Notes: generated by a model from the sequence alone, not told the origin. A stretch of 62,673 bases of DNA, filler included, from Rhabdomonas costata (GCA_019059605.1; 19 parts of 19 records of this genome joined end to end with filler, not necessarily neighbours in it), one strand, 5' to 3'. Counted from the whole stretch's first letter, positions 13,630 to 26,306 are shown. Translations and numbers: made by a program.

Positions 13630-14400
13630 AGTAACTGACACCCTCATTATTGCAAGACTGAAGGCTATACGCTAAGAGTCTCCTCACTGCTCTGATCCAA
13701 CAACTCCAATTGCATGTGGCAGCAAGACTTCCCAAAATGTGTGGTTTTGGTTCTTCTTTTTGAAGTGATTCTATTATTGCAAGCGGATTTCTGAGCAAGT
13801 GGTGGTGGTGGTGGAGTGGCACATGTTGGCATTCGTGTCAACGCGATGTCAGCCCTGTCATCCTATCATCACCAACTGAGCTACAACCCAACATCATGCA
13901 TAGTGTTATCGTGTGTAGTGGTGTCATGGTAGCCATGGTCGTCATGGACTGCTGTGACTTTTGGGTGATAAGGGCTTGAACCCGGGGTCCATTCAGCGAG
14001 GAAATCAGAGCGGTTGGCCACAGGATGAAAAAGGTTCCATGGTGAGGTCCGTAAGTCTGGTCGACCCTTTTGCATGCAGTAAGGTTTGGAAACATTCGGG
14101 CTCTCGAAGTCTGTTGGTTTTGGGGTTATGGACTGGAATTGTGCCCCGAAGAGTGCTTCTTTTTTCTTTCTTCTTCTCTTTTGGGTCGTCGGGCCAGCCC
14201 TTCGTCACAAATGAGCTTGCTCAAAATTCCGCTCGCAATAATAGAATCACTGTGCTTTTTGCTGTTCAAATGGAAAAAAAAGCCACACAATTTGGGAAGT
14301 CTTGCTGCCACATGCAATTGGAGTTGTTGGATCAGAGCAGTAGTGAGGAGACTCTTAGCGTATAGCCTTCAATCTGGCAATAATGAGGGTGTCAGTTACT
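13630..14400. mobile_element. MITE-like non-autonomous element with ~170-bp imperfect TIRs and TA flanks
   Basis: TA|AGTAACTGACACCCTCATTATTG... at 13628 and ...CAATAATGAGGGTGTCAGTTACT|TA at 14402. Arms ~13630-13799 and ~14216-14400 differ by substitutions and indels. No transposase. Confidence 0.65.
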
Positions 14401-15281
14401 TACATTAAAAGTCACAGGGGTCGAGTTTCAGCCTCGCACCCATGCAAGGGGCCTTGTACGTAGACCCTTTTTAGGCCTATGGTTTGCATGCAGTGTCGGG
14501 GCGGACTGCCACCATATGGGAAGGCTCTCCGAGGCTGGATTCCCCTTCTTGGGGCTCGGTGCGAAAGCTCCCAGACGGCCCTTTTGTGCTGGACCTTGCG
14601 CAGTGTTAGGGCTAGCCCCTCCACCAACCTAAAAAGAATTTCTATCCCTGTGAGTTGCATTCCTGTCACTCTCCATTTGGCTCCATCGGCCGAAGACGTT
14701 TCTGTGGTCTGCATTCTTTTTAGTTGCAGGATTCCGACTTCTTTTCTCACTTCGTGCCATAACGATGGGCTGCGTGATGGAAGCCATGAACGGGCCAATG
14801 CCGCAGTACTCCGATGCCCCCGCGCAGCAATTTCAGGTGATTGGAATTTGTGGGGCATGAGGGTGCGAGGTGGGACCAAGTTTGTGAAAAGCCAGCTTTC
14901 GTCAGGGGCTTTCTTCACGTCACTGCCCCCCCCAGTACAGAGATACCGAAGGGAAGGAGAGGCGAAGGACAGAGCGTGACCGTGCGTATCTGGCTCCCCA
15001 TTTGACATCCCCTGACCTACCGTAAATGATTCTCTATATTGTGCTTGTCGTGCGTGAAAATCGGCTTCCGAGTGCACGTCAGTGTTGTTTGGAACGGTCT
15101 AGTTTTTCGGTGCGCCCTTTCGTGACGCGTAGTCACGGTTGATAACAGCACATTGGTACACGTCGAGCGAGTGGAACAATTCGTGAAACTCCGTGGTAGG
15201 TACTCGAGGATTGCGGGTATGGTATGCATGCTTCCGAGGGAGCTCGTTTTTGCCTGATCTCGTCGTGGGGTGCAAAAACAG

Positions 15282-15401
15282 GGCTACGGCGGGGCGCCCT
15301 ACACCAACTACTCCTCCGGATACTCCTCCCGTGGCCAGGCCCAGTACTCTGGCGGCCAGAGCTACGGGGGCGGCTGGGGCGGCAGTGGCTACGCGCGGTA
15401 G
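15282..15401 (+). CDS. Terminal exon of a Gly/Tyr/Ser-rich tail (RNA-binding protein or helicase type)
   Basis: ACAG acceptor, then GYGGAPYTNYSSGYSSRGQAQYSGGQSYGGGWGGSGYAR-TAG. Confidence 0.55.
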   Translation, partial: GYGGAPYTNYSSGYSSRGQAQYSGGQSYGGGWGGSGYAR

Positions 15402-16802
15402 GAACTCTAAGTTCCCTTCACTCCCATCCATTCCATGTTGCTGCTGCTGCTGGAAAGGGCTGGGTCAAAGCACCGCAGTACGCAGTGCATCCACCCTTGC
15501 AAGCTGGCAATTGGAATTGGCCCCTTGTAATATTCCTCACGGCTTTGCCGCTCCCGCTTTAAAAATGCTTGTTTTTCAACCGCATCTCTGATGCAGTCTA
15601 AGTAGACGGTGCGTTTTGTAATTATTGAGCCTCCTGATTCACTGCCGTTCCTTCTGGTGTCTGAAATGCGTCCCTCCTGTCGGTGGCAACGGAGAGGAGG
15701 AGGAGGTAACGGAGATGATGCAGAAACCGAGCGAGTACTTTTAGTCCACAACAGTTCTTAGCAGAGAAGTGTAATTGAAGGTAAGAGAGAAACGGACGTT
15801 GTGAAACACAAGAATGGTAAAACGAAAGTAGCTAACGAGCAGCGCTGCAAGCGGGGATACGGATTTTTTTTGTTTATGGGGACCGCCCTACATAGGTGAG
15901 GTTCCATGCTGACGCCAGTTGCTTCGATTCAGCCCAGTCCTTTTCTTCTTTCGCAATGGAAGTCGACCTCCTTTGTTTTTTATTGGAGTGCCCATCCCTC
16001 CAGCAGCTTTGCGCCTCTGCGGGTCATTCCTTTTCTGCGCTCCCCTGCGATGCCGCAAAGGAAGACTCCTTCGTTGAAACGTTGATTGTATTTTGGTTTG
16101 ACCCCACGGTTTGGCATTCTCTGTTTTGTTCCCTTCCGAGTCCGGTGCACTGCATGTCCGTGTGTGGACAGCTGCACTCTCTTTCCGTGGAATCGATGTG
16201 TTTTGCGCAGCCTCTTTTTCTGACAACGGTCATCGTTGTCTGTGACGATTTATGTCACTGCCACAGGGCACAATGTCCTCTTATTGCTTTATGGGTTCCT
16301 CATTAAAAATGCTCCGATATGACTTTCGAAAGAAATGATCCTTGACGGCATCCTGGCTTTCGGTGAGCGGAGGAGAAATCTGCAGAGGGACTGCCATTTT
16401 TCGCTGCGCTACCACAAACANNNNNNNNNNNNNNNNNNNNNNNNNNNNNNNNNNNNNNNNNNNNTTAATTAATTAANNNNNNNNNNNNNNNNNNNNNNNN
16501 NNNNNNNNNNNNNNNNNNNNGTGGTGGGAAGGTTGCTTCTGCGTCGTGTCCCATATCCATGGGAACCAGGGATATGGGACACGACGCAGAAGCAACCTTC
16601 CCACCACAGAAGAAAGGCTTCTCTCACTGCTCTGCAACTCTCGGGGGAATTCATACGGAGGCCCTGGGTGAAAACCCAGGCAACCCCCCTCAGGAAACAC
16701 AAACAGGCAAGGACAAGACAGGGCAGGCTGGCTTTACCCCAAGCCAGGCAGGGGAGAGAGAAGGGAGGAGGAAGAGGAGGAAGGCTTCTGTGTCCCTCTC
16801 AC

Positions 16803-19314
16803 TTGAGGGCCTTCTTCTGCAGCACAATGATGTCGGAGCCGGTCATGATTCCTGATAGGATGGTTGATTTTGTGCGATGAGCATCAATGAGGGCATGAGA
16901 TTAGGCCCCCCGCGGATCACAATGATGCCAAAACCACGTAATGGCAACGCTGTGTAAACAAAAGTCACCGTGGGCTGTAATCGCGAACCCCCGCAGGTTA
17001 ACCAAAATATGGCGCGCGTCATGTCGAAAGTGAGAGTTACAGCCGAAACGACAATTCGGCAAAAACTGACCAGGGGGCGAGATGTGATGACACTCATAAG
17101 CATAAGGTCGCTTTAATGTCCGAAAAAGCCTCAAAATTCCCTGAAACATCACATACAGTCGCGTGCCATGAGAGAAAACCATGTCACTTGTGCCTTGTCA
17201 GTGCGCAGTCTGCGAAGATACCTATTTTCACCAACCAAGCTGTTCAAATGCAAAAAAGAAATTCCACAGCAGGTTTTTTCTTAGTAAATATCGCATGTAA
17301 GGTAAAAACGCCTCCTTAAGATTCCATTTCAAAAACTCTCACTTTAAAGGTGGCGCAAACAATATCACTCGGGGTAGTCGTCTGTCTTGGGGATTAGAAT
17401 CCGGTGGCACACAAAGCGAAAGCCTGTCTCGGGTATATAGAATAAAAAACACAGGGAACACCGGAACACAGGGAATGAGAGATATAAATGTGTGACTGTA
17501 GTGGAAAAGGAGAGGAACGTGCGAAACTTCACATACCAGCGAATCACTCGACGCAAGTCCATACAAACAGAAAACAACGAGAAGCTACAAACTACAAACT
17601 ACAGTGAACTCTGGGAAAATTCGTGCGAGAATGGAAAATCAACCGCACCCAAATGCTGTTGCTCCAAGCGGAAATGCCAAATAGAAAACGCGCTTCCAAA
17701 GTAAGAGGTCTGCCCTAGCCTACCCCACGGGAGCTCTTCGAACAAGTTACACCAAGGGCAAAGATGTTTGACAGAGCAGCTTTGCCTTGGCTGAAGCTTG
17801 AGCAGTACAGGGAGAAATGACACAAGGGCATCATAGGTGTGCCGGATAGGGATTTGGTGTATGGCCCCTGTCCAAGCTTACCCCACGGGAGCTCTCCGCA
17901 CAAGTTACACCAAGGGCAAAGATGGGAAGCTCTTTGACAGAGCAGCTTTGCCTTGGCTGAAGCTTGAGCGAGTAAGGCAGCAGAGGAAAAATGGGACAAG
18001 GGCGTTGTTTGCGTGCCGGATATGGATAAGGCGACAGAAGTTCAGACTCAAAGGTAAACCAAAAACGCAGAAATACACTTGAATCGAAAGGGGACCTAAG
18101 GGAGACCTCCTTTCTATCAACTCTTAACTCCTCGGCTGTCGCATAGAACGGCACAATAGAAAAGGACGGACGGACGAACAGACAGAAGGAAGGAAGGAAA
18201 GAAAACGGGGCCACAAAAGCCACAGGAAAAGTCAGTCCAGAAAAGGCGATTGGGAACAAACTGGTGTGTTACCAAATGCTCTGGTTCTGAATAAAAATTG
18301 CCAACTAAGTCAAAAGAGCTACCGTGGCTGAAGGTGTCCGCGAAAAGGAAAATGGCAGGAACCCCCCTCCTCCTTGCGCATACACGGTGTTCATGTGCGC
18401 TTCCAAGAATGGATTGTCATTTCCACAACAAGAGTTTTCTGATGAACTTCTCCGTGTGCGTGCATGATAACCGTCCAACAGCTCAAACGCATGTCTACTC
18501 CCTGGAAAGCTAAGTGTCCGCATGCCACACCATTTTTAGGCAAAGAGATTGCGAAGCACCGGACCATCGACCACCTGCAGCAAGCAAACACTTTTTACAG
18601 TATAAAGACAGCGCCTCCCCGGGCGTGCCGAATGCACACGTCCCACGCACCTCGTGTAACTTCAGGGTTGCCTGCACGACGTCGTCCTGCGAAGAAGACA
18701 AGAACCGCACACAACTTTAATTCAACCACTCGGCCAGGCCCTCTCACTCCTTGCACGTCAATAAACCGCAAGGTGTCTCAGATTACGGGGTAGGCCCCAA
18801 TGTATCACAGGTCTGCAGATGTCATTGTTGGCCGACAACCTGTCTGAATTCCGAGGGGATTCCAAAGGGTGTCCGCCCGGGCACAAAATTATACATTCAC
18901 ATTCCAGGAAGAATGCGGGGGTCTGATTCAGACTCGCGGGAAAATTATGGCTGATGCCAAGGAGAGCGCAAAGTTGACAACGGGGAAAACTCGAGGTCCC
19001 CTCCAAAATGATATCGTCCCATGTGCTCGGGCAACAGCACAATGAGTCTCATCCCCCCTTCTCTACCCAATTCGTGCGGCACTGTGTCTTGGTATACTTT
19101 TCGCTCCCTCTTTTGAATGGGCACTCGTGGCAGCAAATGGCCTCAATACAAACCCATGTGTGGAAGCGCACACAAACGCACGCACATACGGACACACCGC
19201 CGCAGCAATGTCGGGAAGGAGCCGGGTGTTTGGGATCCGCTCGCCCAGCGAGTTGCGGACTTTCGAGAAGAAGGGGTGGGTGTGCAGCATCAGAATATCC
19301 ACGGTGTTCAGGAG
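16803..19314 (-). CDS. Possible multi-exon gene of unknown function
   Basis: Short AG/GT-bounded segments read LLNTVDILMLHTHPFFSK (~19314-19261), EELRVDRKE (~18134-18107) and IMTGSDIIVLQKKAL (~16851-16803). I could not build a continuous model. Confidence 0.3.
17007..17360 (+). repeat. Dispersed repeat family A, copy 1
   Basis: Colinear with 27324-27700. Shared anchors include ATATGGCGCGC, GGCGAGATGTGA, AAGATACCTA, AGCTGTTCAAATGCAA, TGTAAGGTAAAAA and AGATTCCA. Confidence 0.8.
17721..18027 (+). repeat. Diverged tandem duplication, period ~158 bp
   Basis: TACCCCACGGGAGCTCT..ACAAGTTACACCAAGGGCAAAGATG..TTTGACAGAGCAGCTTTGCCTTGGCTGAAGCTTGAGC occurs at 17721 and 17879. Confidence 0.85.
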
Positions 19315-19948
19315 CTGCGGGGCAAAAAGAAATCACAACTGTTGCTGTCTCCGGTTTGCACACTCTTCCTCCCTTTCCTTAAACAAGTTCTTCACGTTAC
19401 CTCAAAAGCGATTTCTATCACTGAATTGAACACCTCTACCTCAGTCCGGCTCGGGTCACACGAGGCCCATTCCGGAGGACCCACGAATAGGGTGAGGAAA
19501 GTGGTATACCCCCCTCCCCTCAGATTTCCGAAAAGTGCCTTGCAAGCATACGAGTGCCACCTTCAAACAGAACACGGTGAGACCCCTGCCAGCAAGAGAA
19601 AGGCAAGAGAGACAAAGATACGCGACACACCTCAGTGTGGTTCCCATCAAACATCACCGGGGGGATATCCCCCAAGGCGGTGTAGAAGCCCCGAGACTTG
19701 GCGTGACACACAACCNNNNNNNNNNNNNNNNNNNNNNNNNNNNNNNNNNNNNNNNNNNNTTAATTAATTAANNNNNNNNNNNNNNNNNNNNNNNNNNNNN
19801 NNNNNNNNNNNNNNNGTGAAATAGCTACAGCGCTGGGGCCTCATGGACGCACACAGAATTACAGAATTTGTGTTCACCGTACACTACGGCCACAAGACCC
19901 CTTCCCCATCTGTTGCAACTTGTTTTTCGCAGACTAAGCAGAAGAGAC

Positions 19949-22822
19949 CTTGTTGAAGGCAATGTGCTCGTAGGTGTTCACCGCGCCCTTTGACACGGAG
20001 CCCGTCCGGCGCAGAGCGCTGCCGGAAGCCTTGTGGGGTGGCTCCGGAGCCTGCTCCTCCTCCGTGGGCATGGGCACGGTGCAGTGCACGGCGAAGATCC
20101 GGGTGGGCTGCAGCCGCAGCATGGCCTCAAAGGCAATGCGGCTGATATCGCTGTGGTCCACCCCGACGCACACCACCAGGCCTCCTGCCTGGATCTCACT
20201 GGGGGTTCGCTCCAGGGGGTGGGAGACCAGCCGTGGAGGTGCTTCCACAGTGATTCGGGAGAGAGAAGGTATTGGGGAAGTAACTGCCTTGGAGTGGCTG
20301 GGGGAGAGCGGGGGGAGCCGGGAGTTCTGCATTTTCTTCTTGTGTTTGTTAGTTTAGCTTCAACCCGGACCGGAAAAGGTTTCTACACCGGAAAGCTGTG
20401 TGGGTGAACCAGACCTGCCTCCAGGAAAGGGCAGAGTAGAGGTGTGCTTGTGTGTGAGAGGGACAAACGTTGAGAAACGCGAACGGGAGAGAGTGAAGCA
20501 GTCTGGGTAAAATTAAAAATAGGAAACGGCAAATCATTCTCAGCTTCATTCTGAATTCTCAAAACGCCAGCTCCAGTGGAGATGCACAGCCCCTGCTAAC
20601 GAATACATTCTGTGTCATTATGGCCGGTGAATGCGGTTGGCGAGTTCTGAGGCCAAAGCGGGTGGACTGAAGTGACTGCTGATGAGGCATTGGACATTCC
20701 AATTGCATTTGAATTCTTTACCGCGCTGCTTCAAGCAATCATTGACCTCCATGCCGCCGGGGGGCAGTGGTGTGTGCATATATACAGAGGAAATATGGTG
20801 CCCAAAGGTGGTGGAGCGTCCTCATTTGGGACTTCATTATGGAAACGTGACTACCCACCGATCCGAACCTAGAAGCCAGAAATGAGGAAAAATGGGGAAC
20901 TCCTAAACGATCGTTCTGCAATAGAGAGACTCCGAAAGAGACCGCAGAACAGGATTGGAAACACTGACGTGACCCCCCGAACAACAAGCAATGCCGAAGA
21001 AACTGCTTTGATTCGATGAAGTCGACCTTATGCCCATCCCGGTTCTGATAACAAGGAGTTGAGATTGCACCCCATGTGTCCTGTACTTTTCCGGAAAGAG
21101 GAAAAACAATAAAACGGTGACGAACTCCGCGGAGTGCGCACGAAGCGCCTGAGCTGGCAACTGGTGGTCTTCCATGGAGAAAGGAGTGCTTGAAGGAAAC
21201 AGTGCAAAGTGGATGGGAGAAGAACTGCACCGCATACCAACAGGGCGGTTGCCCAGGAACAGACGGGGAGTGTGGTGCCTGCGTGTGAACAATGTTGGGG
21301 GAGGGGAGGGGAGGGGAGAGCGCTGTGTGCCACGTTCGGCGCACAGAACAGAACTCTCATAAGGGGGGACTTTCTCGATCTTCGTTCCGCGCCGGCGCAG
21401 AGGAGACATCTGTGCAGATGGGTGATGGATGCAGCGGCGGGGCCTTGCCAACCTACGTCTCAGAAAAACAGTAGCAACAACAAAGTGAGACCAATTTACA
21501 CATGCTTTGAAAAGAAGGAGAAAAAGCCGGCAACCTACTCCAAAAAAAAACGCTAACAAGCATAAAAAGACAGCTCCAGGTGAAAAAAGCAGGAAACGAA
21601 AAAAACTTCATGCACGTCTCGTGCATAGGCCAATTGTCCGACCAAGCAGCGGAGAAATTAATGCCGCGAGGTGGCCTGGGGCGCAACGCCAGTAGTGTCT
21701 GAGAAAGCGCACTTGCAAAAAAAAAATAGAAGAGGGGAAACGAGACAGTCTTCTCAAAAGTCGTCCCACCTGCCTCATCTCTGTCAAAATCAGTAGCCCA
21801 TTCAAGCGAGCGCATGACCTTCACGAGGGAGGGTCCATCGCGTCCGAAACAAAACCGTACGGTGCCAGTACGCTTGAGATTCTTGACCCAGAATGGGAAT
21901 GGAATGGGAATGGGAGAGGAAAGAATGAGAAAAAAGAATTTGCACCACACAGAAACCCTGAGAAAGCCATTGCATGGTGACACAATCCTGGAGGAAGGGG
22001 ATGGTGCACGTTTTTTTTTGCCCTTTGAAGCCTTGAGGGGAGAGGTAAAAGGAGAGGAACGGTTACGCCGAAGCGGAGCCAGGGGGTTTGCGGCCGCTGT
22101 CCGGGAGCTGCAGCAGGTTGGCGTTCTTGTATACCAAGACGCTGCCCTTGAAGATTGGGTTGAAGAGACACGACGAGGAGGTTGAGCCCAGGTCGTAGCT
22201 GCGGCGCTTCCACTCTGTGGCCAGAACAAGCACATCCGCGCTCATGTCCTCGGCCACCTTGCAGATGTCGTCTGCCAGGGAGAGCTGTGAAGAAGGAAAA
22301 ACCAGACACCTAACATTTGAGCTGAGGTGCTCACCCACCAATTTTTCAGGTTGTCTCAAACTCTTTCTTGCTGGTTGCTGCACAGCCTTCACAACAACGG
22401 CGTATACTAACGAAAAGCAGACAACTATATGCGCTGCGCGGTGTCACCAACGAAATTTACAAGAAGGAACGCTAGAAGCAATAGAAAGGTAAACCAGCGC
22501 GAGCGAAGAAACAAAACAACGGGCACTATGTACAGTTCTAACTTGAAAAGTGTATTCGTCTGAAAAACCGACCGAAAATGACCACAGGGATGGAAGTAGA
22601 AGGGGCAAAAATCAGGGATAGCTGGATATGAATCTAGGTGCAAAGGTGGGATGGAGAGGTGGGCGGAGTGAGGACTAAAAGCGGATGACGGTAAATAAAG
22701 AAGGATGAAAGGACGACGCAGGGCAGAATTGTCACCAGGCAAATCCTGGGTTTTACCTGAGCCGCCATGATCTTTGGCCCACTCTCCAGGGAATCTGGCC
22801 CACAGCACCTCTTCGGCAACAC
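19949..22822 (-). CDS. Universal stress protein (USP) domain protein with at least two USP segments, partial
   Basis: A USP C-terminal half (LADDICKVAEDMSADVLVLAT...LGSTSSSCL...SVLVYK, ~22285-22120) precedes a USP N-terminal half (VVCVGVDHSDISRIAFEAMLRLQPTRIFAVHC, ~20180-20080). Linker exons are uncertain. Confidence 0.7.
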
Positions 22823-23598
22823 TCCGCACATAAGAGGTGCAACAGGTCAGAAAATCCGTAGATGAGAACAAAGAAGCAAAAGCGAAGAAAACAGATGAAG
22901 CAAAAAAATGGGAAAAAAAAGCAGGTACCGAGATAGGAAGGAAAAAACCTGACCGTCAATGTGCATATAACAACGTGTAACGCGGTTATACCGTTTAACG
23001 CCCCCCNNNNNNNNNNNNNNNNNNNNNNNNNNNNNNNNNNNNNNNNNNNNTTAATTAATTAANNNNNNNNNNNNNNNNNNNNNNNNNNNNNNNNNNNNNN
23101 NNNNNNGTGGGGGTGGGGATCATAGCCATTATACTACAATATCAGAGTGATATTGTAGTATAAAAAAGTATCATTTCACTTTGCTTCCAGTCTTTCTGGA
23201 AATTACTGTTCCATCGCTTTGCTTTGATCCATATTTGTGAACATGCTGTTGATTCAGCGGCACACGATCCAACGGGAAAAAGAAGAGGAAAAAGAATCAA
23301 AGAAAGAGCCGTTGGGGTGGGTACCGGCCTTGGCCTGAGGGTGCCAAGACCGGCCACTCAGCGTTTCGGGAGACCGATTGTATGGAGAAAAGGCCGGCAT
23401 TCGTTTGTTCGTTAACGCTTCGCACTGGCTTCGCCACAACAGGGACCAAAACACGCGACCAACGTCGCATGGCATGGCTGGGCACTGGGCACGTCTGAAT
23501 TCCGATAACATTGGTATGAAGGAGCACTGTTGCACTGGCAGCAAGACACCTACCCTTTCCCTGAGCAGTTACTAGAGTACAGGTGCAGGAAAAACCAC

Positions 23599-26306
23599 CT
23601 TGTCGTCCCGGTGCAGCACAAGGATTCCGCCGACGTTCTTCCCCCTCAGCGCCTCAGTGATCAGAAACCTCCTCTGCTCAGGGTCCTTCGGGTTGGGATT
23701 GAAGAAGCAGGTCGGGTGGAACTGCATAAACTCCATGTTCTGCACAGGAAACCTGTAACACCGACCCTTCCCTCTCCAGGAACATGAACATTTCCAACTA
23801 TAGCACAATTTCCGCCCCCTGCCTCTTTGTGTTCTTTCTTTTTCTTCCTCTAGAAGACGAGGTCACCTCCCTGAAATTTGACGCTGCTTTGCATTTCTTC
23901 AATGTCCAGGGTGTTTTCTTTCCTCACCACTGAATCATTGAATTGTCTTTGTATTGCATCTTGCCCGCGTTTGGAAGTGCCAGACTCCACAGTTTATTCG
24001 CAGGAGTAAGAACAGTAAAAAGCTCGAAGAGGCACACAGTCTCACTGTCCACAGAAAGCTTCGCCACCGCATACCCCAGACGAGAGTACATCGCAATCCC
24101 ATCCCCAGTGGCGCTGTCAGGGTTGCTGGTGTACAAGTAGACCCGGGCAGCCCCTCCGGTGGCCAGAAGGGTCACCCCCGCGGCGAAGGTGTGTACCGCA
24201 TTGGTCCGGATATCCAGCACGTAGGCTCCCACACATCTGAGGAAGGCCCAGGCACACAAAATTTCACAGACGAGGACGCGGTCCTTTCTGCTCTCGCCTT
24301 TCTGAATGACCGCTCCACTGAGGTGGGACTTCACGGTGGGCATTCAGCCGACCCTTAGAAAAAGAACCCCATGAATTGTGCTCTGCCAGGGATTCTACTG
24401 GTTTTGTATGAAACGAAACCTTTTTGCACGCTTTTTGTAATGTTGCAAAAAAAAAAAGCCCAGGTCTGCTTCCGCTTTGCCCCTTTCAAAAAGTGCTGAT
24501 ATCTTGCAAAGATGAGTGGAGAAAACTCCGCCCCCTTCCTGGGACTCTTGCTCCATTGCATTTTTCCCGTCTACATCGCTTCACATGTCAAGGAGGTGCG
24601 TCCAAAAAAACTAACGTGCTCAAGTACGAGCACTTTGAAAGAGGGCCGGAACACACCTGTGCTTGCCTTGGTGCGGTCTGGGCGCCGCACCGGCGCGGCA
24701 CCGCGCGATCCGCACCGCTGTCTCGCCCTCGGGCGTGATCTCGGCGTGCATCTTCTCCAGCTTCGCGGAAGAGATCAGGTCAATCGCCATGTGCTCCTCA
24801 AAAATGCTGATGTTGGGGTGGGCCAGGGCCAGCCCAAACAACCTCTCCATGATCGCGCGGCCAGTATAGTCCGAGACGTGGAAGATCCTCGGGGCAGAGT
24901 GCCCGCCCTGGAATCAGCGAAATCCGACTTCCCTCAATAGCATTTTCAGAAAACCCTGCACAACCATGTGATCGTTGCTCGCCGACCGGCGTGCAGGTGA
25001 GCGGACGGTGTGCCAGGCTACGGTTCTTTCTCTTAGCAATGCCCAAGCCCGATGTAAAGCCAGTGCAAAAACAAAAGGTCCTTCCAGCCTGTGTGAAGGC
25101 AGGTAGAACCCAAAAACACCCCAAAATGGCCCTGAAATGGCCTCTAGCGTGGCTCTAAACCGAAGCATTCCGGCCCACTCCGATGCCAGCATGAAGAACT
25201 GCTGGGCTCTATCCTTAGCTATGGTAATTTGTAAGCACCCCGCCGACAGCTTGGGCTCAGTATGCAGGCCTGCAAAGGTCCGAAATGTGCACCCCGGGAC
25301 CTTGAAAAATCGAAAAGAAAAAAGTCGAAAATGCCCTTAAAAGGGCCGAAATTGGACCCCGAAGCCATGTCTCGGAGTAGAGAAGGACTCCGAGGCCGGG
25401 AAGCGGCCAACCAACTCATCTCAGGAGTACTACTATACCACCAAATATGAGCCCCAACCCGTCACTCAAGCTCGAGTTCTGAGGTCAATGTTAGGTCTCT
25501 GGTCCGGTCCGGTAGTGACCATGGCGATGTCACCCACGAATAGGGTGAGGTTTTGGGCCGAAGGAAGCGGTCCTACCCGACCTCCCCCATTTCCGATGAG
25601 GCTCCTGACGATTGGTGAGGTTCCGGAGGTCGGATGAAGAGGCTAGGTGGGCCCACCTGGTAGAACTCACAGAACAGCGGTAAGAGAAAGAAGTGTGTAC
25701 ATTATACACACTATTGCACCATCATCAAACCAAAAAAAGAAGCTTCCCAAAAAACCACTTCCAGCAAAAGGCATGAATAAAGACAGCGAAACAGGTTGAG
25801 GAGGAGGAGGAATAGGTATCAACCTCCTACGTAACTAACTTTTCGATCTTGAGGCGCACCTGCAACGCTCCCAACCCCAAGAGGAAAAGAATAACTCTTC
25901 TGATGATATCCATCATGACAAGGGCAGCCCAAGAAAAAAGGTGCACTACGGCACCTGTGCCACCTAAAATATTACACGAATCAGAAAGTCTTGAAACCTC
26001 AGAAGGACTCAGCGCATGCAAAAAGATGCTCCCAAACCGACGGGAAGGGTGCGGTATGGCAGATGGGGAAGAGAAGGAAGGTCGAGGTCGGAAGTCATCG
26101 CACACATAGTGAAACTTGACAGAGCCAGGAAAGCTCTCAAGAAGGCAACGGGACCTCCTGGTGGAGGCTGTAGGGAAAACCCCTGGAACCCGTTGGATCA
26201 TGGCTCTTCGTGAAAGCCACGCCGTCTTCGATGAGGGGCTCGATGACAGTCTTGAAGGCATTCTTGACGTAGTGCTGCACAACAGCCTCGTTGCACAGGC
26301 CGGCAC
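23599..26306 (-). CDS. nadB: L-aspartate oxidase (NadB), 4 exons, partial
   Basis: Exons 26306-26155, 24907-24657, 24236-24075 and 23752-23599 give GAGLCNE..YSLHQE|GGHSAPRIFHVSDYTGRAI..EEHMAIDLI..|GAYVLD..LATGGAARVYLYTSNPDSATGDGIAM|NMEFMQFHPT..FLITEALRG. Confidence 0.88.

Noticed and set aside
13970..14030. B-box-like GGGTTCAAGCCC on the minus strand inside the MITE
   Set aside because: I could not build a cloverleaf or a convincing A box.
23129..23163. 16-bp perfect AT-rich hairpin
   Set aside because: It is a single occurrence near a contig tip with no supporting context.
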